A stretch of DNA of 61,898 nucleotides. It comes from Patescibacteria group bacterium (lineage in GTDB: Bacteria > Patescibacteriota > Minisyncoccia > Phycocordibacterales > XYD1-FULL-46-19). Of this stretch, positions 27,888 through 37,125 are shown piece after piece (position 1 is the stretch's first letter; each line of letters starts with the position of its first letter). A model generated the notes under the pieces. It was not told the origin of the DNA, did not search any database, and saw only the letters and a program-made list of their open reading frames with translations. A program made the position numbers and the translations under genes. The stretch lies in contig JBMCHT010000002.1 of NCBI GenBank assembly GCA_048617235.1, positions 1 to 61,898 on the forward strand, written 5' to 3'.

Positions 27888-29068
27888 TTATCTAAAGTGG
27901 ATAAGTGATAATAAGCTTCTTTAGTATAAACATTTTTAGGATCCCAAAATATCCAAGAGTTCAAACCGGCATCGGTAACCGCTTTTATTTGCGCTTCTAT
28001 CTTCGTTCTATCATAGGTAGCTCCGATATTAAAATCCTGCAACCATGGTCTAATTTTTTCCGCCGGCTGATTTATAGCCTCCAACCTAGACAAACCATCA
28101 GTTAAAGATCTTAAAACTATTTCATAAGGATAATGAGCCGGAGCGGTATAACCAAAACTACCGGAAGCATAATGAGATGGATAAATCATTGGACTAATAT
28201 AATCAACATAAGGAACAATATCTTCCAAATGCTGACCAATCCCCACTCCATCAATTGATGACATAGCCAAACCGAACAAATCTACCGATAAAGGAATACC
28301 GGATTCCTGTCTTAATTCTTGATCCAAATAAATAACAAAATCTTTAATGCTTTCTGTTTTAGTTTTTATAAAATCACCACTCTCCAACTCAGCCATCGTT
28401 CCATCTGACGGAAATCTAATATAATCTATATTTATTTCATCAAAACCTTGAGCATAAGCATCTCTGGCAATCTTTACTAAATATTCCCAAACTTCTTCTT
28501 TGTCCGATCTAACCCAAGCCAAACCCTTACGATCAACCCATAAATTACCGGTCTTGGTATTTTTAAAAGCCAAAGCCGGTTTTTTATTAGCTAAAAAGGG
28601 ATCTTGAAAAGCTGATAAACGGCCGATTACATAAATTCCTTTATCATTAAATCTTTTAATTAACTCCGGTAATTTCCTAATACGATTAGTGCCGGAACCA
28701 AAATCTTTTAATTTCAAATCCAAAGGCTGATAAGAAAGCAAGCCATCTTCGGCTTTTATATCTATCACCACCGCATTTAAAGGAGAATTTTCAACAAAAT
28801 TTATTAAATTATTAACTAGAGTTGGAGTGCCGGCCACCCAACTGGTAATATAAATACCTCGGACCACCTCCGGTGGTGGTAAATTTACTATTTCTATTTC
28901 CGGCTCGCCTGATTCCTGCGGTTGAACTTGATTTGCTCCCACAATTACCGCCGGCTGCTTAACCCAATCAGCATCCAATTTTGAATTAAACAAATCTCCC
29001 TTATTTTCCAAAACTAAAAAACCCCCAATTCCTCCCAAACCAAATAATAATAAAACTAACCATTTCAT
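27884..29068 (-). CDS. secreted putative glycoside hydrolase (DUF4015/GHL10-like TIM barrel)
   Basis: Signal anchor, then RGIYITSW...AVVIDIK...IDYIRFP. Confidence 0.55.
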   Translation of the reverse strand: MKWLVLLLFGLGGIGGFLVLENKGDLFNSKLDADWVKQPAVIVGANQVQPQESGEPEIEIVNLPPPEVVRGIYITSWVAGTPTLVNNLINFVENSPLNAVVIDIKAEDGLLSYQPLDLKLKDFGSGTNRIRKLPELIKRFNDKGIYVIGRLSAFQDPFLANKKPALAFKNTKTGNLWVDRKGLAWVRSDKEEVWEYLVKIARDAYAQGFDEINIDYIRFPSDGTMAELESGDFIKTKTESIKDFVIYLDQELRQESGIPLSVDLFGLAMSSIDGVGIGQHLEDIVPYVDYISPMIYPSHYASGSFGYTAPAHYPYEIVLRSLTDGLSRLEAINQPAEKIRPWLQDFNIGATYDRTKIEAQIKAVTDAGLNSWIFWDPKNVYTKEAYYHLSTLDN

Positions 29069-29102
29069 TATCGTTTATAATAACACAAAAATAATAATCA
29101 AA

Positions 29103-29558
29103 TTAATTTTTAAAGTATTCTTCCACTTGACGCAAAACCGCCTTAGAACCTTCAAAAGATAAAACTGACAAAGCGTGCTGAAAATCCAACCAGCACCAAT
29201 CAACTATTTCTATTTGAAACTCTTCCGGTGTAGCAGTAATTGCCGAATCATCTATATAACCAATAAAATAGACAACGGTTTTTTTATAAATCTGATCATT
29301 TCTTTCAACCTGATAACTCTCTTTAAAATTCTTATCTTGGATTATATTTACCTCAGTCAACCCGGTTTCTTCCTTTAATTCTCTACAAGCGGCATCGACT
29401 TCGCTTTCCCCTTCTTCTAGATGGCCCTTAGGAAAACCCCAATGACCTGCTTGATGATGAACCAACAAAAATTGCCGTTTTCCATCTTGATTCACATAAA
29501 TCGGAATTATACCCACCGCTTTTTCTTCCAAAATTAAATTTAGTTCATCATTAGACAT
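29103..29558 (-). CDS. NUDIX hydrolase
   Basis: Nudix box GHWGFPKGHLEEGESEVDAACRELKEETGL. Confidence 0.85.
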   Translation of the reverse strand: MSNDELNLILEEKAVGIIPIYVNQDGKRQFLLVHHQAGHWGFPKGHLEEGESEVDAACRELKEETGLTEVNIIQDKNFKESYQVERNDQIYKKTVVYFIGYIDDSAITATPEEFQIEIVDWCWLDFQHALSVLSFEGSKAVLRQVEEYFKN

Positions 29559-29564
29559 TATTTT

Positions 29565-30815
29565 TTAAATTTTACCTCGTAATAAACCGGCTTCTACCAA
29601 CCGTTTAACACCCAAAACAAAAGCCGCCTCCCGGTAGGAAATACCGAATTCAATTTTACTTTTTTCAACTTCAATATAAGCCATTTTCATCATTGCTTCT
29701 AATTTATTTTTTACTTCTTCGGCCGACCAATAATCACCGGTTTTATTTTGAATCCATTCAAAATAACTGACAGCTACTCCGCCGGCATTAACTAAAATAT
29801 CCGGCAAAACATCTACTGCCTTTTTATTTAAAATATCACCAGCTTCCGGAGTTAGTGGCCCATTGGCTAATTCTAAAATAATTCTAGCTTTTATATCTAT
29901 AGCATTAGCTTTCGTTATCTGGCCACCCAAAGCGGCCGGAATTAAAATATCCGCATCTTGATTCAACAAAGCCTCAGTTGTCTCCAAAAACTCCCAAGAT
30001 TCACCCATCTTTTGATTATAAATATCTTTAAAAGACAAACCGGCTCGTTTAGCTTGTTTTAATTTATAAGGATCCAAACCGGTGGCTGACCACAAACCAC
30101 CACTGGAATCAGACAAAGCGGTAATTATATAACCGCGGTCAAATAACAAACAAGCAACATTGGCTCCGGCATTACCAAAACCGGAAATAGATACTCTTAA
30201 TTCCGCCGGATTTAATTTTTTATTTTGAACATACTCTTCCAAAACCATAATTCCCCCGGCAGCCGTTGCTTGATCTCGTCCTAAACTGCCCCCCAAAGCA
30301 ATAGGTTTACCGGTAACTACCCCGGGCTCACTTCGCCCCCTAATAATTTCAAATTCATCTAAAATAATCGCCATAATTTCCGAGTTGGTATAAACATCCG
30401 GGGCCGGAATATCTTTATCCACACCTATATCTTCAGCTAAAGCCCGAACCATAGCTCTGGTTACTTCAATTAAATCTTCCGCTGAACAATCTTTAGGATT
30501 AATTAAAACTCCGCCTTTGGCACCACCAAAAGGAATATTAATAACAGCTGTTTTTAAGGTCATAGCCGCCGCCAAAGTTTTAACTTCCGCTTCATCCGCT
30601 TCCGGATGAAACCTAATCCCTCCTTTATAAGGCCCTCGCCAGTTGGAATATTGAACTCGATAAACCTCAAACTCTTTACCAAGAGCCTGGATCTTTTTAT
30701 TTATAATCCTATCCGGGGTTTTTAATTTTTGAACCACTAAAGGAGATAAATTTAAAAAAGAAGAAGCTTTATCTACTTTTTGACAAAAAGAATCAAACGG
30801 ATTAATTGAAGACAT
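29565..30815 (-). CDS. Glu/Leu/Phe/Val dehydrogenase family (glutamate dehydrogenase-like)
   Basis: PFGGAKGG catalytic-Lys region and GFGNAG dinucleotide fold. Confidence 0.85.
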   Translation of the reverse strand: MSSINPFDSFCQKVDKASSFLNLSPLVVQKLKTPDRIINKKIQALGKEFEVYRVQYSNWRGPYKGGIRFHPEADEAEVKTLAAAMTLKTAVINIPFGGAKGGVLINPKDCSAEDLIEVTRAMVRALAEDIGVDKDIPAPDVYTNSEIMAIILDEFEIIRGRSEPGVVTGKPIALGGSLGRDQATAAGGIMVLEEYVQNKKLNPAELRVSISGFGNAGANVACLLFDRGYIITALSDSSGGLWSATGLDPYKLKQAKRAGLSFKDIYNQKMGESWEFLETTEALLNQDADILIPAALGGQITKANAIDIKARIILELANGPLTPEAGDILNKKAVDVLPDILVNAGGVAVSYFEWIQNKTGDYWSAEEVKNKLEAMMKMAYIEVEKSKIEFGISYREAAFVLGVKRLVEAGLLRGKI

Positions 30816-30869
30816 ATTTTTATTATAATAAATTAACTTTATCAGCTTAGCAAATTAAAATAACCGAGG

Positions 30870-32237
30870 CTAATTTTTATCCAGTAAAGAATATCCACCG
30901 GCAGTAATTGCTTGTAATATTTTTTCAATATCTTTATCCAAACTCATACTGTCTAAAATTATCAAAACCACCTCTCTTTCTTGATTATCTATTTCCAATC
31001 TAAAAATCATAACAGCCGCTTCATAACCATTTTTAGTTTCCGTACGCAAACCACCAACAAATCTGGAATCAGCCGACCAAGAATTAATATTTTTCAAATC
31101 TTTCCATTGAGGCCGTGAGTAAATCGGATTAAGATCAGCCAAAGTTTCCATCGAAGACACCGACCAAATCAGTTGACGGTTATTTTGAATATAATAAGCC
31201 AAACTAAAAAGATCTCGGGCACTGGCTTTATTTTTATCTAATTGAGTAAAAGGATAAAAACGACTGGTTTTCATTCCCAAAGAAGCCGCTTTCCGATTCA
31301 AACGATCAATAAACAATTCTTCTCCTCGCCTCCAAGCCAAAGCTTGAGCCGCCTCAATTTCAGTCTCCATCAATAATGGAAAAATAAGATCATAAACACT
31401 AACTCGATCTCCGGAAGTTAAACGTTTAGTTTCTATTGAATCTAAAGCCTCAGCTGAGACAATAAAATCTGTACTAATATTAAAATACTCCCAAGCAACC
31501 GCTGCCGCCAATAAATAAGGCAATTCAAAAACCGGATAAATTTTATCACTGTTTTTTTCAAAAAAAACAAATTTGTTAGCCAAATCCACCACTAAAAAAC
31601 TCTTGGCCGATAAACGAGGAGTTAAAATATACTCTTGGGTAGTTTCGGTATCACTTTGCCGATGAATTAAAACCGGCATTCCTTTATCCACCAACTGATA
31701 CAACTCTTCGGCATCAGCAGTAGTCAAACGAATACAACCTCCGGAATAACTTGAGGACACCGGTTGACCCCCGGGTAAATAAGGCCAACCATGAATAAAA
31801 AAGTTACCGTGAAAATGTATACTCCAAGGCATATAAACTCGAGTGATAGAAGAAAAATGATTAGATATTTTAGCTTCCACTCGATACAATCCGGCCGGAG
31901 TCTCCCATAAAGATCCCGGTCGTCCTTGAGCTAAAACCTCAAATTCTTTAAGCTGTTTGCCATTATCATAAAAAAACAGTTGATTGGTACTTAAATTAAC
32001 TTCAATAAAAGAAGTTTTTTCAGTTATTAATTGATTCCTGATAGTTGTAAAAAAGTCATGATCATAAAAATATAAAGGGTGATCATAATCTAGAATATGA
32101 TCGGCTCGATCATTATCTGTTAAATAAATATTAATTTTATCCGGTTCCAACGAGAATATAAAATAAAAAATCGCCATCCCAAAAACCACTCCGATTAATA
32201 ACCAAACTAAATATTTAATTAAGATTTTTATTGTCAT
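30870..32237 (-). CDS. L,D-transpeptidase (YkuD) domain protein with a C-terminal PBP5/S11-like but apparently degenerate domain
   Basis: HG...SGGCIRL YkuD motif. No SxxK motif was seen in the C-terminal half. Confidence 0.65.
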   Translation of the reverse strand: MTIKILIKYLVWLLIGVVFGMAIFYFIFSLEPDKINIYLTDNDRADHILDYDHPLYFYDHDFFTTIRNQLITEKTSFIEVNLSTNQLFFYDNGKQLKEFEVLAQGRPGSLWETPAGLYRVEAKISNHFSSITRVYMPWSIHFHGNFFIHGWPYLPGGQPVSSSYSGGCIRLTTADAEELYQLVDKGMPVLIHRQSDTETTQEYILTPRLSAKSFLVVDLANKFVFFEKNSDKIYPVFELPYLLAAAVAWEYFNISTDFIVSAEALDSIETKRLTSGDRVSVYDLIFPLLMETEIEAAQALAWRRGEELFIDRLNRKAASLGMKTSRFYPFTQLDKNKASARDLFSLAYYIQNNRQLIWSVSSMETLADLNPIYSRPQWKDLKNINSWSADSRFVGGLRTETKNGYEAAVMIFRLEIDNQEREVVLIILDSMSLDKDIEKILQAITAGGYSLLDKN

Positions 32238-32248
32238 TTAAATGACTT

Positions 32249-32485
32249 TTATTTTTCTTCTAACAATTGATTTAATTTTTTCTGATCAAAACCAATAACC
32301 ACTTTTTCTCCTTTTATTATTACCGGTACCCCCAATTGACCGGTTTTTTCTTTAATTTCATTAACCGCTTCTTTATTTTCAGTAACATCCACCTCTTCAT
32401 ATTCCACACCTTTGTTATCTAAAAAGTTTTTAACCATGGGACAAAAAACACAAGTAGGACTGGTATATAAAATTATTTTTTCCAT
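32249..32485 (-). CDS. glutaredoxin/NrdH-like small redox protein
   Basis: 78 aa with a CVFC active site and a GVPV motif. Confidence 0.75.
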   Translation of the reverse strand: MEKIILYTSPTCVFCPMVKNFLDNKGVEYEEVDVTENKEAVNEIKEKTGQLGVPVIIKGEKVVIGFDQKKLNQLLEEK

Positions 32486-32489
32486 ATTT

Positions 32490-33635
32490 TTAAAACATTA
32501 AATAATAATAAGCTAAATAAAATAAGATTATGGCTCCAATAAAAGTTATCCAAGTTATTAACCGAGAGCCGGCAAACCAAATCTTTTTAGTTAAAACCGC
32601 TCCGGTAAAAATAATCAACTCTATCAACATATAAAAGAAAAGATAAATTAAAATATAAAAAATATAAGCTATTAACGACACCTCTTGTTCCACCAAAATC
32701 CCGGTAAAAGCAATCGGCACTCCAATTGAACAAGGTAATTCCACCACGGTAACCACAAAAGCAAAGAAAACAACACTACCGGCTAAAACCAAAATACCTC
32801 GACCGGATTCAAAAGAATTCTTTAATTTAAGAGTGGCTTTTTTAATCAAAGAATTATCCGAGGCCTGACAAGTGGGACCATATCTGAAAAAACGCCAAAA
32901 TTCTTTCAAGAAGTATAAACCACCACCCAAAGCGGCCAAGCCCACTATTATCCTCAATATCTCCAAATGACCCAACAATAATTCAAATAATTTACCCCAA
33001 GCAAAAACTAATAAGCCATAAACCAAGACCGTAGTAAAAATAAAAAGACCACCAAAAAAGAAGATTTTCTTTTTAGAATCAAAAATAACCACTATCGATA
33101 AAATTAAAACCAAAGCTCCTATAGAACAGACATTAAAACCATCAATCGAACCCAGAATAAAAGATAAAATGGGTAAAGACCAGCCTGCTAAATTAATTTC
33201 TTTATTAATAAAAGGAATAGTAATAATTAAATCCGAATCTGTCTCTACTGCTTGACCTTCTAAGGCTTGTATTATTTTTTCTTCTTCTTGAGGACCAAAC
33301 TCTAAAAACTGAAAAAAATTATCTCCAATAAAAACAGTTGGGGCCATTAAACGAAAGTCTTCTATCTGATATTCTTCCACCTTTTGATATAACCTTTCGG
33401 TATCACTAATCGGATAAATTACCAAATTAACTTGAGGATAATCTTCAGTTATAGTCTCTTGGATAAAATCTTTAGTTGCCTGACAAGTGGGACAAAGCCG
33501 ATCATCAAAAAAATAGATAGTGCTTTCCGCTTTGGTATCGATTGTTTCAGTAGTATCTGCTAAAACCAAAACAGCCGGCCAAACCAGGATTAAAACAGTT
33601 AAAGAAAAAAGTATTTGTAGACTTAATTTTTTCAT
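32490..33635 (-). CDS. secreted thioredoxin-like domain fused to a CcdA/DsbD-like thiol-disulfide transporter membrane domain
   Basis: Signal peptide and CPTC motif, then TM segments carrying FNVCSIGAL and LPCSIG cysteines. Confidence 0.6.
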   Translation of the reverse strand: MKKLSLQILFSLTVLILVWPAVLVLADTTETIDTKAESTIYFFDDRLCPTCQATKDFIQETITEDYPQVNLVIYPISDTERLYQKVEEYQIEDFRLMAPTVFIGDNFFQFLEFGPQEEEKIIQALEGQAVETDSDLIITIPFINKEINLAGWSLPILSFILGSIDGFNVCSIGALVLILSIVVIFDSKKKIFFFGGLFIFTTVLVYGLLVFAWGKLFELLLGHLEILRIIVGLAALGGGLYFLKEFWRFFRYGPTCQASDNSLIKKATLKLKNSFESGRGILVLAGSVVFFAFVVTVVELPCSIGVPIAFTGILVEQEVSLIAYIFYILIYLFFYMLIELIIFTGAVLTKKIWFAGSRLITWITFIGAIILFYLAYYYLMF

Positions 33636-33641
33636 AGCAAA

Positions 33642-34094
33642 CTACAATTGACAACCAACAACTTCAGCTAAAACCTCCGGCGAAGCCCAGCCTTCAAAAA
33701 TCTCGCCGTTAATCTGAACTGCCGGTACATAATCAACTAACATTTCTTGATTACATCTTTCCGGCTCATCCCTACATTCAACATAAATCGGTTTCATATT
33801 TTCATAACCGCCATATTCTTCAACCAAACGAGCACAAGCCGGACAAGTCCGACTGCCATAAATAACTACTCCGGCCTCAGCCAAACATTCAGCTAAATTC
33901 AATTTTGAATTAACAATTTCATTATTTTCATTATTATCTTCTGAATTATTCTGGGGATCATCTTCTACAATTTCAGAATTATTATTTTCCGAATCAATTT
34001 CAATTAAATTATCTACCGATTGCCCCGTCCACCAATAACCGGCACCGGCACTTAAAACAGCTAATATAATAACCAATAATGATAGTTTAGACAT
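33642..34094 (-). CDS. membrane-anchored thioredoxin-like protein (resembles the VKOR-associated Trx domain)
   Basis: YGSRTCPACARL...YVEC...C...VPAVQINGE..G pattern. Confidence 0.6.
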   Translation of the reverse strand: MSKLSLLVIILAVLSAGAGYWWTGQSVDNLIEIDSENNNSEIVEDDPQNNSEDNNENNEIVNSKLNLAECLAEAGVVIYGSRTCPACARLVEEYGGYENMKPIYVECRDEPERCNQEMLVDYVPAVQINGEIFEGWASPEVLAEVVGCQL

Positions 34095-34151
34095 AAAAAT
34101 ACAAAATTACCTTTCTACTATAGCACTATAAAAACTTATTTCAAATTTTAA

Positions 34152-34841
34152 TTATCTTACTTCCAAAAAAACCCGATTTCCCTGATCAATTATATCGGCT
34201 TTAATTTGAGGAAAAGCTTTACCGGTTTGAATATCTTCACACAATTTAGCTATCAAACTATCAAAAGGATAAGCATTGGCATCATAAACTAAATCCCCAA
34301 CCGGCAATTTAGTTAACATCTCCGGCATTTCTTCAATAATATAAGTACCGAATCTTCTTTTATCTTCAACCGTAAAAGTTCTTTCTTCTTTAGATACAAA
34401 ATCTTCTACTATATTTAAAATCACTTCTTGAAACTCCTGATCATTCCCATAAAGATTATATAAATAATCCATCTTGGCTAAATAATCTTCATTAATAAAA
34501 TCTGCCCAGGTAGCCAAATAAATCTTTTTAGCCACCTCTGGCTCTATTTTTTCACTCAAAATCTGTTTTACATCTTCCATCATTTTCTTCCCCATTTTCT
34601 TGGCTTTCTTTTCAGCTTTAACTATAGAAACCCCATCCCTAACTTCTATATTAATAGCATGAATCAAATCGGCTACATAAACCACCACAAAATCTTTAGT
34701 ATTATCCAACGACCACAAAGTTAAATCAAAAATATTTTCAGGAGTAAACCATTTATTACCTAAACTAATACCTATGGCTATGTTATATTCTTTTTGTTTT
34801 AAAGCTTTAGAGGTTCCTCCTCTAATCTGATGTAATGTCAT
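34152..34841 (-). CDS. tRNA-dependent cyclodipeptide synthase (CDPS) family protein
   Basis: IGIS26LGN29KWF, Y167-IIE-E171-M-P173 and Y191-P192. The spacings S to Y (141) and Y to Y (24) match remembered AlbC catalytic residues S37/N40/Y178/E182/Y202. 229 aa. Confidence 0.78.
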   Translation of the reverse strand: MTLHQIRGGTSKALKQKEYNIAIGISLGNKWFTPENIFDLTLWSLDNTKDFVVVYVADLIHAINIEVRDGVSIVKAEKKAKKMGKKMMEDVKQILSEKIEPEVAKKIYLATWADFINEDYLAKMDYLYNLYGNDQEFQEVILNIVEDFVSKEERTFTVEDKRRFGTYIIEEMPEMLTKLPVGDLVYDANAYPFDSLIAKLCEDIQTGKAFPQIKADIIDQGNRVFLEVR

Positions 34842-34867
34842 AACTTGTATTCTAATACGGACAGCTT

Positions 34868-35152
34868 TTATTGTGAAGCCTTAATAATTTTAATAGCCCT
34901 GCCTTCAATCAAAGCCTCGGCTATTTTTTTATAAGCCAAAGACAAAATCCTTTGAAAAGTACTTTGAGAAGTATTCATTTTTAAAGCTGCTTCTTCTTGG
35001 CTTAGATTTTTAATATTTTTTAACCGAAGAGCTTCCGCTTCTTCAATACTTAATTCTACCACTTGCAACTGACGCAAGGGTATACCTTGGGGTTTGAAAT
35101 AAACTACCTGAGGATTAAATTTAACTCTGCGATAAAGTCTGGGCCTGGGCAT
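34868..35152 (-). CDS. DUF134 (UPF0251) predicted DNA-binding protein
   Basis: MPRPRLYRRV...FKPQGIP...EEAEALRL...SQEEAALKM..SQSTFQRIL is a textbook DUF134 pattern. Confidence 0.8.
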   Translation of the reverse strand: MPRPRLYRRVKFNPQVVYFKPQGIPLRQLQVVELSIEEAEALRLKNIKNLSQEEAALKMNTSQSTFQRILSLAYKKIAEALIEGRAIKIIKASQ

Positions 35153-35171
35153 AAAATTATTTTTAAAACTA

Positions 35172-35211
35172 ATAATTAAAACCCTCCCGGCTTTCTAGTA
35201 AAAACCGGGAG
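35172..35211 (-). terminator. possible intrinsic terminator after the DUF5320 gene
   Basis: Minus-strand stem CTCCCGG/CCGGGAG with a 14-nt loop, followed by GGTTTTAATT (short U tract). Confidence 0.4.
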
Positions 35212-35224
35212 AATTTTACCACTT

Positions 35225-35437
35225 CTAGCTTTCCTGTTCCAAAGTCTTAATTTCTTCTCTAACAGCCATCAATTCATTTTCCAACATCTTTTCTTCCTCT
35301 TTTAAAGAATTAATTTCATTTTTTGGAGAAAAGAAGCGGCGACCGAAACCACGGCCCCGGCCGGCCCCACAAAAACCAAAACCACGTCCGGTTCTCGGGC
35401 CTTGGCCCACAGGGCCGGTACCATCAAAATAAGGCAT
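35225..35437 (-). CDS. DUF5320 small protein (Gly/Arg-rich N-terminus, coiled-coil C-terminus)
   Basis: MPYFDGTGPVGQGPRTGRGFGFCGAGRGRG followed by a heptad-like tail. Confidence 0.75.
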   Translation of the reverse strand: MPYFDGTGPVGQGPRTGRGFGFCGAGRGRGFGRRFFSPKNEINSLKEEEKMLENELMAVREEIKTLEQES

Positions 35438-35520
35438 GATAATTTAAAATTATAAATATTATTAAATCGACCTTTATTTTGAGTATATACCCATAACTAT
35501 TATTTGTCAAGAAAATACTT

Positions 35521-36315
35521 TTAACTTCCAAAAGTCATAAAATTAGTGCTTTCATATCTCTTAACCCCCCAATAAAACAATTTGATTCCTAAAATAAACC
35601 ACAAAAAAGATAAAACTAAAACTAAGGAAAAAACAGACAAAGAAATATTTTTAACAATTTCAACCGGCAAAGTTCCTATAAGTAAAGAAGGAATTAAAAA
35701 AGTAAATATAAATCTAGTTAAACCTTGAAAAGCTCCTCCATGAAATAAAGTCGGGGTCATAAAAAGTTCAAATAAACTACCGGTAATAGCATTAGCATCA
35801 GTAAATAGAAAACTAGCTGAATAAATAGTTATAGTTGCAGATAAAAAAACCAAAGCAGAAATAAAAATCAATAAAATTATTAAAAATATTTGCACTAAAT
35901 TAGCTTGAATAAAAACCATATAAATAATTAAACAACTCATACCAAAAACCATATCTCCTACCGCTGAAGCATTAAAAAAAGAAGTAGCTATTCTAATTAT
36001 TAAATTTTTAGGAGACAACATAAAACGATCAAAACCACCATTGGCTACATAATCCGCTATTTTTCTCAAACCAGCTCCAACAGAAAAAACCAATCCGTAA
36101 GAAAAAGCTCCGAAACCTAAAAGCCCAACTATATCCATAGCTTCCCAACCATTAATAATTCCTACAGATTTAACAAAAAAAACCCAAAGAATAATAAAAG
36201 CAATATTATTAATTGACATTCCGATAATATTCACCAAAAAACTGGTGCGCAGTTCAGCACTACCTTTTATATTTTTTTTAATAGCCCTAAAAGCAAAACG
36301 CAATTCTTGTAACAT
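35521..36315 (-). CDS. ABC-2 type transporter permease (DUF990/COG3694-like)
   Basis: 264 aa with about 6 TM segments. Operonic with an ATPase and a second permease. Confidence 0.65.
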   Translation of the reverse strand: MLQELRFAFRAIKKNIKGSAELRTSFLVNIIGMSINNIAFIILWVFFVKSVGIINGWEAMDIVGLLGFGAFSYGLVFSVGAGLRKIADYVANGGFDRFMLSPKNLIIRIATSFFNASAVGDMVFGMSCLIIYMVFIQANLVQIFLIILLIFISALVFLSATITIYSASFLFTDANAITGSLFELFMTPTLFHGGAFQGLTRFIFTFLIPSLLIGTLPVEIVKNISLSVFSLVLVLSFLWFILGIKLFYWGVKRYESTNFMTFGS

Positions 36316-36324
36316 AAAATTATA

Positions 36325-37125
36325 TTATCCACCATTAACGGATACTTTTTCTTTAGCTTTAATAAAAACCAAAAAAGTTATTAAGGCTAAAATAATAATC
36401 CAAAATAATTGTAAACCAACTTTAAACAACCATCCAGTTGACCAATCTTCATAAACCGTATGAGTAATAAATTGCGTCGCTCCAAAAGGGCTATAAACCG
36501 CCACTTTGTACATAAAATCAGGGAATAAACCAATCGGCAAATATGAACCACCTAAAATCATAACAAACTTATCCACTATCCAATGAACTGGATTAACATC
36601 TTCAATCCAAAATGCCAATAAACCAACTAAACTATACAAAAAAAGAGATAAAACCGTTCCTAATACTACTACAGTTAAAAAAGAAGGTATAAATGAACCA
36701 ATAAAAACGGTTTCCGGTAGACCAACAATTAAAGCTAAAAGAGTTGTTCCTATTATAGAAATAAAAATTAAAGAATATAAACCAAGACCCACTTGCCAAC
36801 ACATTCTGTAGTATAAATACGAAACCGGTTTACTAAATAAAACTTCCACATTTCCGGATTGGACATCTTGCATTATTAAACGAGCGATATCCCTTAAACG
36901 AAATACCGAAAAAGTAAAATAAAAAAACATACTCCAGGCCACCACTTCAAAAGTGGTATTATTAATAACACCATCATTCATTTGATAAACATACCAATAC
37001 AAAACAAGTAAAACTCCACAACGAGCCATTATACTGGCTGTATCCATCACTAATCTACCGGGATAAAAAATTCGATCCCTAATAAGAGTAATTAATATTT
37101 TACTACCTAGTCGAATTGCTTTCAT
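36325..37125 (-). CDS. ABC-2 type transporter permease (DUF990/COG4587-like)
   Basis: About 6 TM segments. Start moved to MKAIRLG, which limits the overlap with the ATPase gene to 23 nt. Confidence 0.65.
   Translation of the reverse strand: MKAIRLGSKILITLIRDRIFYPGRLVMDTASIMARCGVLLVLYWYVYQMNDGVINNTTFEVVAWSMFFYFTFSVFRLRDIARLIMQDVQSGNVEVLFSKPVSYLYYRMCWQVGLGLYSLIFISIIGTTLLALIVGLPETVFIGSFIPSFLTVVVLGTVLSLFLYSLVGLLAFWIEDVNPVHWIVDKFVMILGGSYLPIGLFPDFMYKVAVYSPFGATQFITHTVYEDWSTGWLFKVGLQLFWIIILALITFLVFIKAKEKVSVNGG

Noticed and set aside
30870-31700. The C-terminal half of the L,D-transpeptidase protein could be an active D-Ala-D-Ala carboxypeptidase (S11).
   Set aside because: No SxxK active-site motif was visible, so only a degenerate PBP5-like domain is suggested.
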